A stretch of DNA of 43,723 nt from a virus (lineage: Duplodnaviria; Caudoviricetes): positions 1 to 43,723 of IMG/VR virus record IMGVR_UViG_3300030376_004869, one strand, 5' to 3'. Position numbers and translations under genes: made by a program. The notes under the pieces were generated by a model. The model did not search any database and was not told where the DNA came from. It saw only the letters and a list, made by a program, of their open reading frames with translations. Position 1 is the first letter of the stretch, and each line of letters starts with the position of its first letter. Shown here piece by piece: positions 1 to 7,251 of the stretch.

Positions 1-259
1 TGTCTAGTCATTTGTCCTGATTCTCTGACAATGTGCGGCAACAGATCGCGAGAGATCGAGAGCCGCGCCTGTATCGCGCGTGAATCCTCTTACCGCGCCC
101 CCGCGAGTCGTTTTACCGCGCGCAGGTCATGCACCCGCGTTAATTGATCGCGCGTAACTGCCGAGATCTGTTGCTATCACTAGCTTTGCACCGCACTATA
201 GATGCGGTGACGACCTGAGACCCCCCTCCGGGGGGCAAGCGCGTCCGTACGTATACGTA
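1..259. repeat. Direct terminal repeat, copy 1 (259 bp)
   Basis: Bases 1-259 match 43464-43722 by eye; the next base differs (A at 260, T at 43723). GC/CGCG-rich, ends in the palindrome TACGTATACGTA (248-259). T7-like phages have DTRs. Confidence 0.93.
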
Positions 260-275
260 ATCTCTCTTCTCAAAT

Positions 276-935
276 TTATGCCAAAATTTTAGCCTTCATC
301 TCTGCAAAATCCTTATTAAACACTTGATTACCTATATCTGTTAGCTCATGTTTAATCATTTCATCGTATACGCTGACTGGAATCGTACATATATCAGCTC
401 CATACTTAAAAGCCTTATCAACACTCCTAACATTCCTAATAGAAGCAGCTAATACCTTAGTTTTTATTGATTTTAACTTGTAAAAGAGGGCTATATCCTT
501 CACAAGACCAAAACCATCCAAGTTATTATCTGTCATCCTGCCAATAAAAGGAGACACATAGGTTGCACCTGCTAAAGCACATAAAATTGCTTGACTAAAG
601 CTAAATACCAAAGTGACATTAACTTTAATACCTATACCTGTTAAGTACTTACAAGCTGTAAGACCATCAGGAGTACAAGGAAGTTTAATTGTTGTTTGAT
701 TATCATAAGTTCTATGATGTTCTATACCATATCTAATGAAATCAGCTGAATTATCAGCCACCATTTCCATAGAGATATCTGGTATACCAAGATCTACTAA
801 TTTATTGTAGACATCATGAATATTCATCCCACTCTTCTTAATAAGGGATGGGTTGGTGGTAACACCTGATATAAGTCCTGATGAGAATCTCTGTTCTATA
901 GCACTTACGTCAGCTGTATCTAAAAAGAGTTGCAT
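276..935 (-). CDS. talC: Transaldolase TalC (auxiliary metabolic gene)
   Basis: FLDTAD, GVTTNPSL, IKLP (Schiff-base Lys), NVTLVFS, YVSPFIGR and LAASIR motifs; 219 aa. The position after terL is typical of cyanopodoviruses. Confidence 0.95.
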   Translation of the reverse strand: MQLFLDTADVSAIEQRFSSGLISGVTTNPSLIKKSGMNIHDVYNKLVDLGIPDISMEMVADNSADFIRYGIEHHRTYDNQTTIKLPCTPDGLTACKYLTGIGIKVNVTLVFSFSQAILCALAGATYVSPFIGRMTDNNLDGFGLVKDIALFYKLKSIKTKVLAASIRNVRSVDKAFKYGADICTIPVSVYDEMIKHELTDIGNQVFNKDFAEMKAKILA

Positions 936-1035
936 CTATATTTATACTGTTAATACGTGATATACGTATTGAGGAAGTTTAACTAGTTGGGGGATAGTGT
1001 TAGTACTTATAAGATCATCATTAACGGATGATAAG

Positions 1036-1061
1036 TAAAGGGAGATTTGTGTCTCCCTTTA
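1036..1061 (-). terminator. Hairpin between terL and talC (possible terminator)
   Basis: Perfect 10-bp inverted repeat TAAAGGGAGA-N6-TCTCCCTTTA with only a short U tract. Confidence 0.4.
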
Positions 1062-1114
1062 GCTTGAGGGAGCGAGTCCACCCTTCTCTCTCCCTGTATA
1101 AACCCCTTATTACC

Positions 1115-2848
1115 CTAAACCCAGTTGTTAACTGAGTTTCCAGACTCTAACCCTCTAGCTTGATCTCTTTGGTCTTTATTCATGCCAAAGACTAGGTGGT
1201 TAGCGGAAGCTTGAGGGTTATCTAGGTAGTCTTCTAAGACGCTATTCCATTCTTCAAGTTGTCTTTGTTTAATCTGTTGTTCAGCTGAGATAGATAAAGC
1301 ATCAGTAAAATACTTTACGCCTTGTGCAAGACAATCGATTCTGTCGTCATGTTTAACTGCATATTTCTGTCTACACATTCTCGACATTTGATAAAAGAGC
1401 ATGTAGAGGAGTCTTTCTTCAGGAGCTGCATTTTGATTGGAGTTATAATCCCATTCAACGACAGACCTGTTGATAATGAGGCGATGCTGGTTAAGGACAG
1501 GCTCAAGAGAATCAATAATACGATCTTCTTTACGGACATTAGCTCTAGTTTCTTCAATGTATATAGCCTGTTTAGTATTTTGTAGATGTTTTTTAAATAG
1601 TTCAGCTACTATTCCATCACCAAAGTTAGATTCAATTAATAAGGTTGTCGCATTTAGCTTTTTACAACCTTTAAGAATATCTAACAAGGTTGAGTCTGAG
1701 TACCCATCTCTGTATGCACGCATTTCATGCAAGTAAAGGAAACCATTTCGTTGGGAGATAAAGGCTGCAGTAGTTTCGTCGCTTCCTCTACCCGACGGGT
1801 CAACGCTGCAAATTGTTTCTTGGTAATCTCCCCAGTCTCCAGTAAGTTGCATTGGAGAGTAAAAATAATCTCCCGGGAGACCGACTGTGGGTAAATCTTT
1901 GATGACGTTAGCTGGGTCTGAGCACCAAACGACGGATTCAGGAGCTTTAGTTGGGTTAACGGAAGTAACAACAAGATCAGCCATTTTAAGTGGGAACTTC
2001 TCAGCATCACTGAGGGAAGTATCCAACATAAACTGAAGCATGAAGTTAGAACGTCCCATGGACGCTTCACGTTCAAGTAAGTTGTCGTCATTAAATCTAT
2101 CTGGATCTGTTGTATTCCATGGTTCAACACCTTTATCAATATCTTCTTGAAGTTGAGGAGCTATTAGCCCTTCATAATTAGCCAAAGAACGAGGATAACG
2201 AGCTGGCCATACAAAGGGTCTGTAGTTACGTTCAGCAAGTTTTCTATAGACGGTAAAAGTGGTTTGTGGGGTTCCGAGGAAAATAATTCTACTATCATCA
2301 TGAGGAGTAAGGATTGATTCAGCTTCAGTACAAAGTTGTAAAAGTTTCTCTCTCATAAATTCTGTCATTGAGTTACCGGGAACTTCTATGTCGTCTAAGA
2401 TCATTAGATCTGCACGGCTTCCGGTTAACTGACCAGTAATACCAACACTCTTGACTGATGGAGCTTGGTGAGGAGAACAATTTACGTCGAAGGAAATTCT
2501 TGACCATCTTGCGTCGTCGCTCTTTGGCTGTAGATGTTTCAGCCATTTTGTTTCAATGATAAGTTTTTGTAAAAAGATAGACATGTTATCTGCACGTTCT
2601 TTAGACGCAGAGATAACCATTATTTTCTTTTCTGGATTATTGAATAATGTCCACAGCACGAATGCTCCAGTAATCCAAGATTTACCGACTCCTCGGAAAG
2701 CTTGAATCTGTAGACGTTTAGGACCGTGCTGTAGATAATCTGCTATTGCATATTGTGCTCTTGTAGGTGGTGGTAGATCAAGCTGCTCCCATAAAGCAGT
2801 CAGAAACAGCTTGAAATCGTCCTGTAAGGCACTTAAAACGTCTTCCAT
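1115..2848 (-). CDS. terL: Terminase large subunit (T7 gp19-like DNA maturase B)
   Basis: AFRGVGKS Walker A, LTGSRADLMILDDIE Walker B, VDPSGRGSDET nuclease motif, HDDRIDCLA. Confidence 0.97.
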   Translation of the reverse strand: MEDVLSALQDDFKLFLTALWEQLDLPPPTRAQYAIADYLQHGPKRLQIQAFRGVGKSWITGAFVLWTLFNNPEKKIMVISASKERADNMSIFLQKLIIETKWLKHLQPKSDDARWSRISFDVNCSPHQAPSVKSVGITGQLTGSRADLMILDDIEVPGNSMTEFMREKLLQLCTEAESILTPHDDSRIIFLGTPQTTFTVYRKLAERNYRPFVWPARYPRSLANYEGLIAPQLQEDIDKGVEPWNTTDPDRFNDDNLLEREASMGRSNFMLQFMLDTSLSDAEKFPLKMADLVVTSVNPTKAPESVVWCSDPANVIKDLPTVGLPGDYFYSPMQLTGDWGDYQETICSVDPSGRGSDETTAAFISQRNGFLYLHEMRAYRDGYSDSTLLDILKGCKKLNATTLLIESNFGDGIVAELFKKHLQNTKQAIYIEETRANVRKEDRIIDSLEPVLNQHRLIINRSVVEWDYNSNQNAAPEERLLYMLFYQMSRMCRQKYAVKHDDRIDCLAQGVKYFTDALSISAEQQIKQRQLEEWNSVLEDYLDNPQASANHLVFGMNKDQRDQARGLESGNSVNNWV

Positions 2849-2879
2849 GTATGTTTAAGTGTACAAGTAGTTTAGAGGG

Positions 2880-4181
2880 CTAGAAAAAGGGATTACCGAC
2901 GTATCCGTATTTAGCTCCAGTTTCATATGCCCTATGTAAATTTTCAGAATTTTTTACTACGTCAATGCCCTGATTTAATAAATTGGCAGCAACTCCTGTT
3001 GGTTCTGTTACTAAGGATTGAGGACCCGGTACTAACCCAGCTTGATCTGCTCTAAGTTCAGCTTCTGAAAGTTTGTGTTGAATTTTATTTAAAAGAGTTG
3101 GGTTGTTTTCATATTCTTCTGCTCTTGCATCGATATCACTAAGCAGAATACTTGCACCTCCCAAAACACCAGAGGGAAGAACAAGTCTTGCTAGGTTTTT
3201 ATTTGCCTTAAGTATATCCATGGCTTTAGATTTAAGAGGTATTTTAGACAGCCATTCAGCTTTCATTTCTAAAAGACTTTGCCCTGTATCTACTACTCTT
3301 TCAGAAAATAAATATCTCCATTTTTTATATAGTTCTTCTAGACCGTTTTTCCCATTTACACCGTTTATACCGTTTACACCGTTTACACCATTCTTTATTC
3401 CGTTCGTTACACCGTTTGCTTTCTTATGATAACTTTTTTCTAATTGATCAAGGAAATCTTTTGACTGTGGAGTTTTTATAAACTGTTTAAACTTAGCAAA
3501 CTCGCCTTGACTTAAAGCGATACCTTTACTAAATGGATCAAAATTATTAAAGTCACTAGCATTTACAGCCCAAAGCTTGTCAGCGTGTTGACCTAAATCA
3601 CTTTGTTGTACTTTAAAAGCCCACGGTGCTTTATAAATATCACCACTTCCCATTTGTTTGGAAAATTGTTCTGCTAGATCTTTATCAGTTTTTAGCCAAT
3701 CAAGTTCTCTAAATATGACATTACCTATATCATCAGAGCCAATACTGTCAGCACCAAATCTTTTGTAAAACTCTAAAGATGTATCGTGCTCTTCGTAAAA
3801 CTGTAAACCATACTTAGCACCTTCTTTTACTGTATTTTTAAAATTTGTTCTAGCTTTGTTTACTTCTTTAAATGAATCTAGATTTTTATACCATTTGTTA
3901 TTTGTTCTTTTTAATTCAGAACTCTTTTGGGTTAGTACGTTATTAAATTTCCAGTTACCATCATTACCAGATTTAAAAAAACCTGAGTGCATATAGTTGC
4001 CTTGATCATCAGTAAAATTTACCGTTGCTTTCCAGTCCCTTAAGCCTTTTTTAGACCAGTTACCCGTATCTGTTTTTAGTCCACTTTCTTCTAATCTTGT
4101 TATAAACTGATTTTTTAATTTATCTTGTTGGCTATAGGGAACTGTAAATACACCTTTCTCATCTGGCGTAAATGTTTCCAT
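2880..4181 (-). CDS. Hypothetical 433-aa protein with a possible degenerate HNH-like segment and an (NGV)n low-complexity linker
   Basis: Long ORF in the gene orientation; EEHD...GSDDIGN resembles HNH beta-beta-alpha spacing; NGVTNGIKNGVNGVNGINGVNGKNG linker. Confidence 0.75.
   Translation of the reverse strand: METFTPDEKGVFTVPYSQQDKLKNQFITRLEESGLKTDTGNWSKKGLRDWKATVNFTDDQGNYMHSGFFKSGNDGNWKFNNVLTQKSSELKRTNNKWYKNLDSFKEVNKARTNFKNTVKEGAKYGLQFYEEHDTSLEFYKRFGADSIGSDDIGNVIFRELDWLKTDKDLAEQFSKQMGSGDIYKAPWAFKVQQSDLGQHADKLWAVNASDFNNFDPFSKGIALSQGEFAKFKQFIKTPQSKDFLDQLEKSYHKKANGVTNGIKNGVNGVNGINGVNGKNGLEELYKKWRYLFSERVVDTGQSLLEMKAEWLSKIPLKSKAMDILKANKNLARLVLPSGVLGGASILLSDIDARAEEYENNPTLLNKIQHKLSEAELRADQAGLVPGPQSLVTEPTGVAANLLNQGIDVVKNSENLHRAYETGAKYGYVGNPFF
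3342..3417. repeat. Imperfect 9-bp tandem repeat (ACCGTTTAC-like) encoding NGV/NGI repeats
   Basis: ccatttacaccgtttataccgtttacaccgtttacaccattc seen directly. Confidence 0.8.
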
Positions 4182-4206
4182 AAAAAAAGCCGCCCTTTCG
4201 GACGGC
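4182..4206 (-). terminator. Intrinsic terminator abutting the start codon of the 433-aa ORF
   Basis: Minus strand GCCGTCC-GAAA-GGGCGGC-TTTTTTT-ATG. Confidence 0.85.
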
Positions 4207-4228
4207 GTGAAATATCTATTTCGGGTGG

Positions 4229-4558
4229 TTAATTAATGTGGCTATGTATTAGCCGTTCTCTATGAGGGATATGACCAAAAGTTGATCTCATCCAACTCAA
4301 CCAGTAAGTACTACCTTTGTCCTGATTACATCTTCTGCAAGCGGGTACGACGTTACTTGTAAGGTCTTCACCGCCATAACATTTAGGTTTGACATGATCG
4401 ATAGTGAGTTGATGTAGTTCATAATTGTTTCCGCAATAAACACATGTGCAATCGAAGTGCTCTTTCACAGCACGTCGCCATAATCTCTTTGATTCAGAGC
4501 TGGTCATGGTTATTAGGTTATAAAGGTAATGTTTAGGACTAGGTAGTAAGGGGGTCAT
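4229..4558 (-). CDS. HNH endonuclease
   Basis: CVYCG...LTIDHVKPKCYGGEDLTSNVVPACRRCNQDKG is a canonical Zn-HNH motif. Confidence 0.92.
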   Translation of the reverse strand: MTPLLPSPKHYLYNLITMTSSESKRLWRRAVKEHFDCTCVYCGNNYELHQLTIDHVKPKCYGGEDLTSNVVPACRRCNQDKGSTYWLSWMRSTFGHIPHRERLIHSHIN

Positions 4559-4809
4559 TTACGAATTTTCAGTCTGCTACGTCTATTTATTGAGGGAGAT
4601 TGAAGTCTGCCTTTAGTGGTACTGCCTTTAAAGTGAGCAGCATCTTTGCCATCACCATTTCCGTAGGTACCAAGTTTTCTATTTAAACGATTAGCGTTAG
4701 TTCTGATACGTAGACCCTTAGCTGTTTTGTTATATCTTCTTTGTTGTTTTAATCTTCGTTTTCTAGCTTTAGTATTATTTCTGTAATAGCTAGCGGTACG
4801 ACTTGCCAT
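4555..4809 (-). CDS. Basic hypothetical protein with a degenerate HNH-like DAAH...N motif
   Basis: MASRTASYY start; very Arg/Lys-rich; GDGKDAAH...SINR resembles small proteins next to terS in T7-like phages. Confidence 0.7.
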   Translation of the reverse strand: MASRTASYYRNNTKARKRRLKQQRRYNKTAKGLRIRTNANRLNRKLGTYGNGDGKDAAHFKGSTTKGRLQSPSINRRSRLKIRK

Positions 4810-5038
4810 GTACTCTCTCCGCAATAATTTCGGGGTCTATTTTTGGCATTACTGCTGCTAGTTTTGATAGTGGACTACCTTCAAAAGCAACGCCAGATAT
4901 GTCATTTGTTTTCAGCCAATCACAGGCTGCTTTTAAATCTTGAGTTGTTGCCTCGCCACTTCGGACTCTTTTTAAGAATTCATCAGTAACGAGATTATGT
5001 AATTCATTGAATTGGTCTTCAGTTGCTTTCTTCATCAA
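4790..5038 (-). CDS. terS: Terminase small subunit (gp18-like DNA maturase A)
   Basis: KKATEDQFNELH...GEATTQDLKAACDWLKTNDI resembles T7 gp18; size and position fit. Confidence 0.85.
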   Translation of the reverse strand: MMKKATEDQFNELHNLVTDEFLKRVRSGEATTQDLKAACDWLKTNDISGVAFEGSPLSKLAAVMPKIDPEIIAERVHGKSYR

Positions 5039-5226
5039 GATTTTTTCCCTTTATTAATTTTTAGTTGGCTCTTGTTTGACGAACCTTTCGCTTGTATGAA
5101 ATCAATCGCAAAAGTAGGTCGTTCATAATCTCTGATACATTTATCTTGGAATTTCTGAGCAGCTTTTAAATTGCTAAAAGTCCCCATTGTTTTACCAGTT
5201 TTTGTATCAACTACACTGCATTTCAT
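5035..5226 (-). CDS. Hypothetical protein (63 aa)
   Basis: Tightly coupled to both neighbours (TAAATG upstream, ATGA overlap with terS). Confidence 0.65.
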   Translation of the reverse strand: MKCSVVDTKTGKTMGTFSNLKAAQKFQDKCIRDYERPTFAIDFIQAKGSSNKSQLKINKGKKS

Positions 5227-5394
5227 TTATTCTTCCTTTAATCCGGGAAATAAGTTTTTCTTAATTAGCTTTACAGCTTGGTCATCAATCGTATTATCAG
5301 TACTTTCGGCATATGCCTCTAATAATGAGATCACTAGTTCCTTGACTGCGTTTGAAGTAAGGAATGCCATTAGGATGGGTTTGATAATAATCAT
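5227..5394 (-). CDS. Small protein MIIIKPILMAFLTSNAVKELVISLLEAYAESTDNTIDDQAVKLIKKNLFPGLKEE (55 aa; possible holin-like/membrane-associated)
   Basis: Translated by hand (below the ORF-track cutoff); TAAATG coupling on both sides; STDNTIDD motif recalled from cyanophages; lies near terS like the T7 holin. Confidence 0.75.
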   Translation of the reverse strand: MIIIKPILMAFLTSNAVKELVISLLEAYAESTDNTIDDQAVKLIKKNLFPGLKEE

Positions 5395-6267
5395 TTAAAA
5401 TAATCCGAATTTCTTTTTAGGTTTTTTAGGTTGTAAGGCTGATATTGGTACGACGTCGTGGCACATCACATATAGCTTGGATTTAGGATGCAGGGTAAAG
5501 CCCTTTTGCATAATTTCTGCACATTTGATTGCACGAGTCAACTCGTAGTCCAGCCTCATTTTTTCTTCTACTCTTTTGGCAATACGTTTGCATTGCTTTA
5601 AAGCTTCTCTATCTAGGGGAACCATAAAATTTAATTGCATCCCCCAGTTCTCTCCCTTGGTATAAGAGTCTTGTCTTAAAGAACCAGTATCCTCATTGAA
5701 TGATCTAGGTTCTGTATGATTACCCATATAGAAAGGTGAGAACGTCATTGTGCTGCCATTACAGCTCACATTAGGACCAAAATATTGTCTACTTTGTGAT
5801 CCGTTATTCTGGAATTGCACTGCTGAATTGGTGACATTTCCGGTCGCTGCCGCTATTGGATTCGAGGTGTTATTTACCTCTGGCTCATTAGCCAACACCG
5901 GGCTTCCTATTGCGAGAAGACAGAGAGCGATGTAGTAGTTGCGTTTGTTGTTACATTTCTTGTAACGTCGATCTGCTCGATCACCCCTGCAGCTCTGGTC
6001 ACTGTTTCTAGTTGAAATGCGTTGCCAGCTGTGTGAATATCGAAGACTGTATCTGTAGCAGATATTCCTCCAGATGTTGCTGAGGTTGCAGTAACGTTGG
6101 ATCCTGTCCAACTTTGCAGAGCACCACCGAACACCTGTGTTTGCAATGTCTCCGTCACTGTCTGAGTTGTGGTGGTCGTCGAATTCATCGATCCTTGGGT
6201 GAACTGGGGAGTAATAGTGTTTGCTCTCGCTACCGTGGGTGACAACAGAGCTAAGAGTATTAGCCAT
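5395..6267 (-). CDS. Exported/membrane-anchored Cys-containing protein with uncertain start; frame overlaps the upstream gene
   Basis: The part from YYIALCLLAIGSPVLA-NEPEV onward (~5950 down to 5395) is protein-like, with a signal/TM segment. The nearest in-frame ATG is at 6267. Confidence 0.7.
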   Translation of the reverse strand: MANTLSSVVTHGSESKHYYSPVHPRIDEFDDHHNSDSDGDIANTGVRWCSAKLDRIQRYCNLSNIWRNICYRYSLRYSHSWQRISTRNSDQSCRGDRADRRYKKCNNKRNYYIALCLLAIGSPVLANEPEVNNTSNPIAAATGNVTNSAVQFQNNGSQSRQYFGPNVSCNGSTMTFSPFYMGNHTEPRSFNEDTGSLRQDSYTKGENWGMQLNFMVPLDREALKQCKRIAKRVEEKMRLDYELTRAIKCAEIMQKGFTLHPKSKLYVMCHDVVPISALQPKKPKKKFGLF

Positions 6268-6275
6268 TTCTTCAT
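5907..6275 (-). CDS. Exported Thr-rich protein with signal peptide (122 aa)
   Basis: MKKWLILLALLSPTVARA signal peptide; PQFTQGSMNS...SLSVFSQ family recalled from cyanophages; ATGA overlap with the upstream gene. Confidence 0.85.
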   Translation of the reverse strand: MKKWLILLALLSPTVARANTITPQFTQGSMNSTTTTTQTVTETLQTQVFGGALQSWTGSNVTATSATSGGISATDTVFDIHTAGNAFQLETVTRAAGVIEQIDVTRNVTTNATTTSLSVFSQ

Positions 6276-6591
6276 GTTTCTTTTTTCTTTGCCATTGGAC
6301 AATCAACAGTTTTACCGTTGTTTCTATTTCCGTTATTTGTCTGTAAACCAAAAGAATAAAGGGCACTGCCAAAGATACTTGCCACGAAGGTTATATCTGT
6401 GTTTTGTGTCTTCTTAATCATTGGTATTTCGACATAATTCAGAGTTATGACTCTCAAATAAAGCCCGACCAAACCACAACACCAAGACGTACGAAAGTAC
6501 CAAGCACTTGAATATGATGCTCAGTATCTTCAGCAGCGTCTTTTATTTTGGTGAGTAAGTTCTTTTTCGGGCTTTCCTCTTTTCCTTCCAT
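6272..6591 (-). pseudogene. Two-TM membrane protein gene interrupted by an apparent 8-bp insertion (6449-6456)
   Basis: ATG 6591 gives MEGKEESP...RLGVVVWSGFI-stop; another frame continues ITLNYVEIP...DITFVASIFGSALYSFGL. Removing TGAGAGTC restores a 103-aa ORF. Confidence 0.7.
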
Positions 6592-6953
6592 TTATCAATT
6601 TTACCTTGAATAAATTTCTGTAGTTTCTTTTTTATTTGGTCAAAAAAAGGTGTAGCTAACGTGGTTGTTGCTACTGCAGCTACAGCCGCATAAGTTGCTG
6701 TTGCCACTACCTCTGTTGTGGGTAATGGCATCTTTATATCTATGACAGGTATTTGTAGACTTGGTGGTTCTGGTTGTTCTGCTTTCTGTTCTGCCTTAAC
6801 ACCCTCTGGTCTTTCCAAATCGCTTGGAGGTACCACCATTGGTTTATATGATGGTATCTCAGCGGTTGGTATAAGTAATGTAGGTGTTTCTATAGGTTGT
6901 GCAGAAGGCAGACTTATATAAGGTAAACCACTAGGTTGGTTTGGGATTGTCAC
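6543..6953 (-). CDS. Pro-rich protein with C-terminal hydrophobic segment and basic tail
   Basis: Pro-rich N-terminus, VVATATYAAVAAVATTTLA segment, Lys/Arg-rich end; lies downstream of the tail fibre. Confidence 0.75.
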   Translation of the reverse strand: MTIPNQPSGLPYISLPSAQPIETPTLLIPTAEIPSYKPMVVPPSDLERPEGVKAEQKAEQPEPPSLQIPVIDIKMPLPTTEVVATATYAAVAAVATTTLATPFFDQIKKKLQKFIQGKIDKWKEKRKARKRTYSPK

Positions 6954-7251
6954 TCTTTACTTTTTCACAAGCTGCGTAATAGGCGGTAAGTTTACTAGCA
7001 TCTCCCTTTGAGTTCCAGTACATAGCATCAGCAAAATCTGCTAGATGTGGATATAAAGGTTGACGATCTCTTTGGTATTTTTTGTTATTGTAAGCAGTCT
7101 TTAATTCATCAAGTTTAGTTGTAATTTGAGAGTCAGTGGGCTTTGTATCGCCGTTAGCTATCAGCCAATTTAAAGTTGAGTTATCAACGACTTGAAACTC
7201 TGCATTTGGAGCAAGAGCTTTAACAGCATCATAAAAAGTAGGTTCCATCAT
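6931..7251 (-). CDS. Tail fibre-associated protein (XkdW/chaperone-like)
   Basis: AVKALAPNAEF...YQRDRQPLYP...DAMYW...VKSDNPKP pattern is typical of genes following cyanophage fibres. Confidence 0.7.
   Translation of the reverse strand: MMEPTFYDAVKALAPNAEFQVVDNSTLNWLIANGDTKPTDSQITTKLDELKTAYNNKKYQRDRQPLYPHLADFADAMYWNSKGDASKLTAYYAACEKVKSDNPKPT

Noticed and set aside
5395-6275. Classical Rz/Rz1 spanin pair
   Set aside because: Neither protein shows a lipobox Cys at its signal cleavage site. The overlap is kept as a finding without this label.
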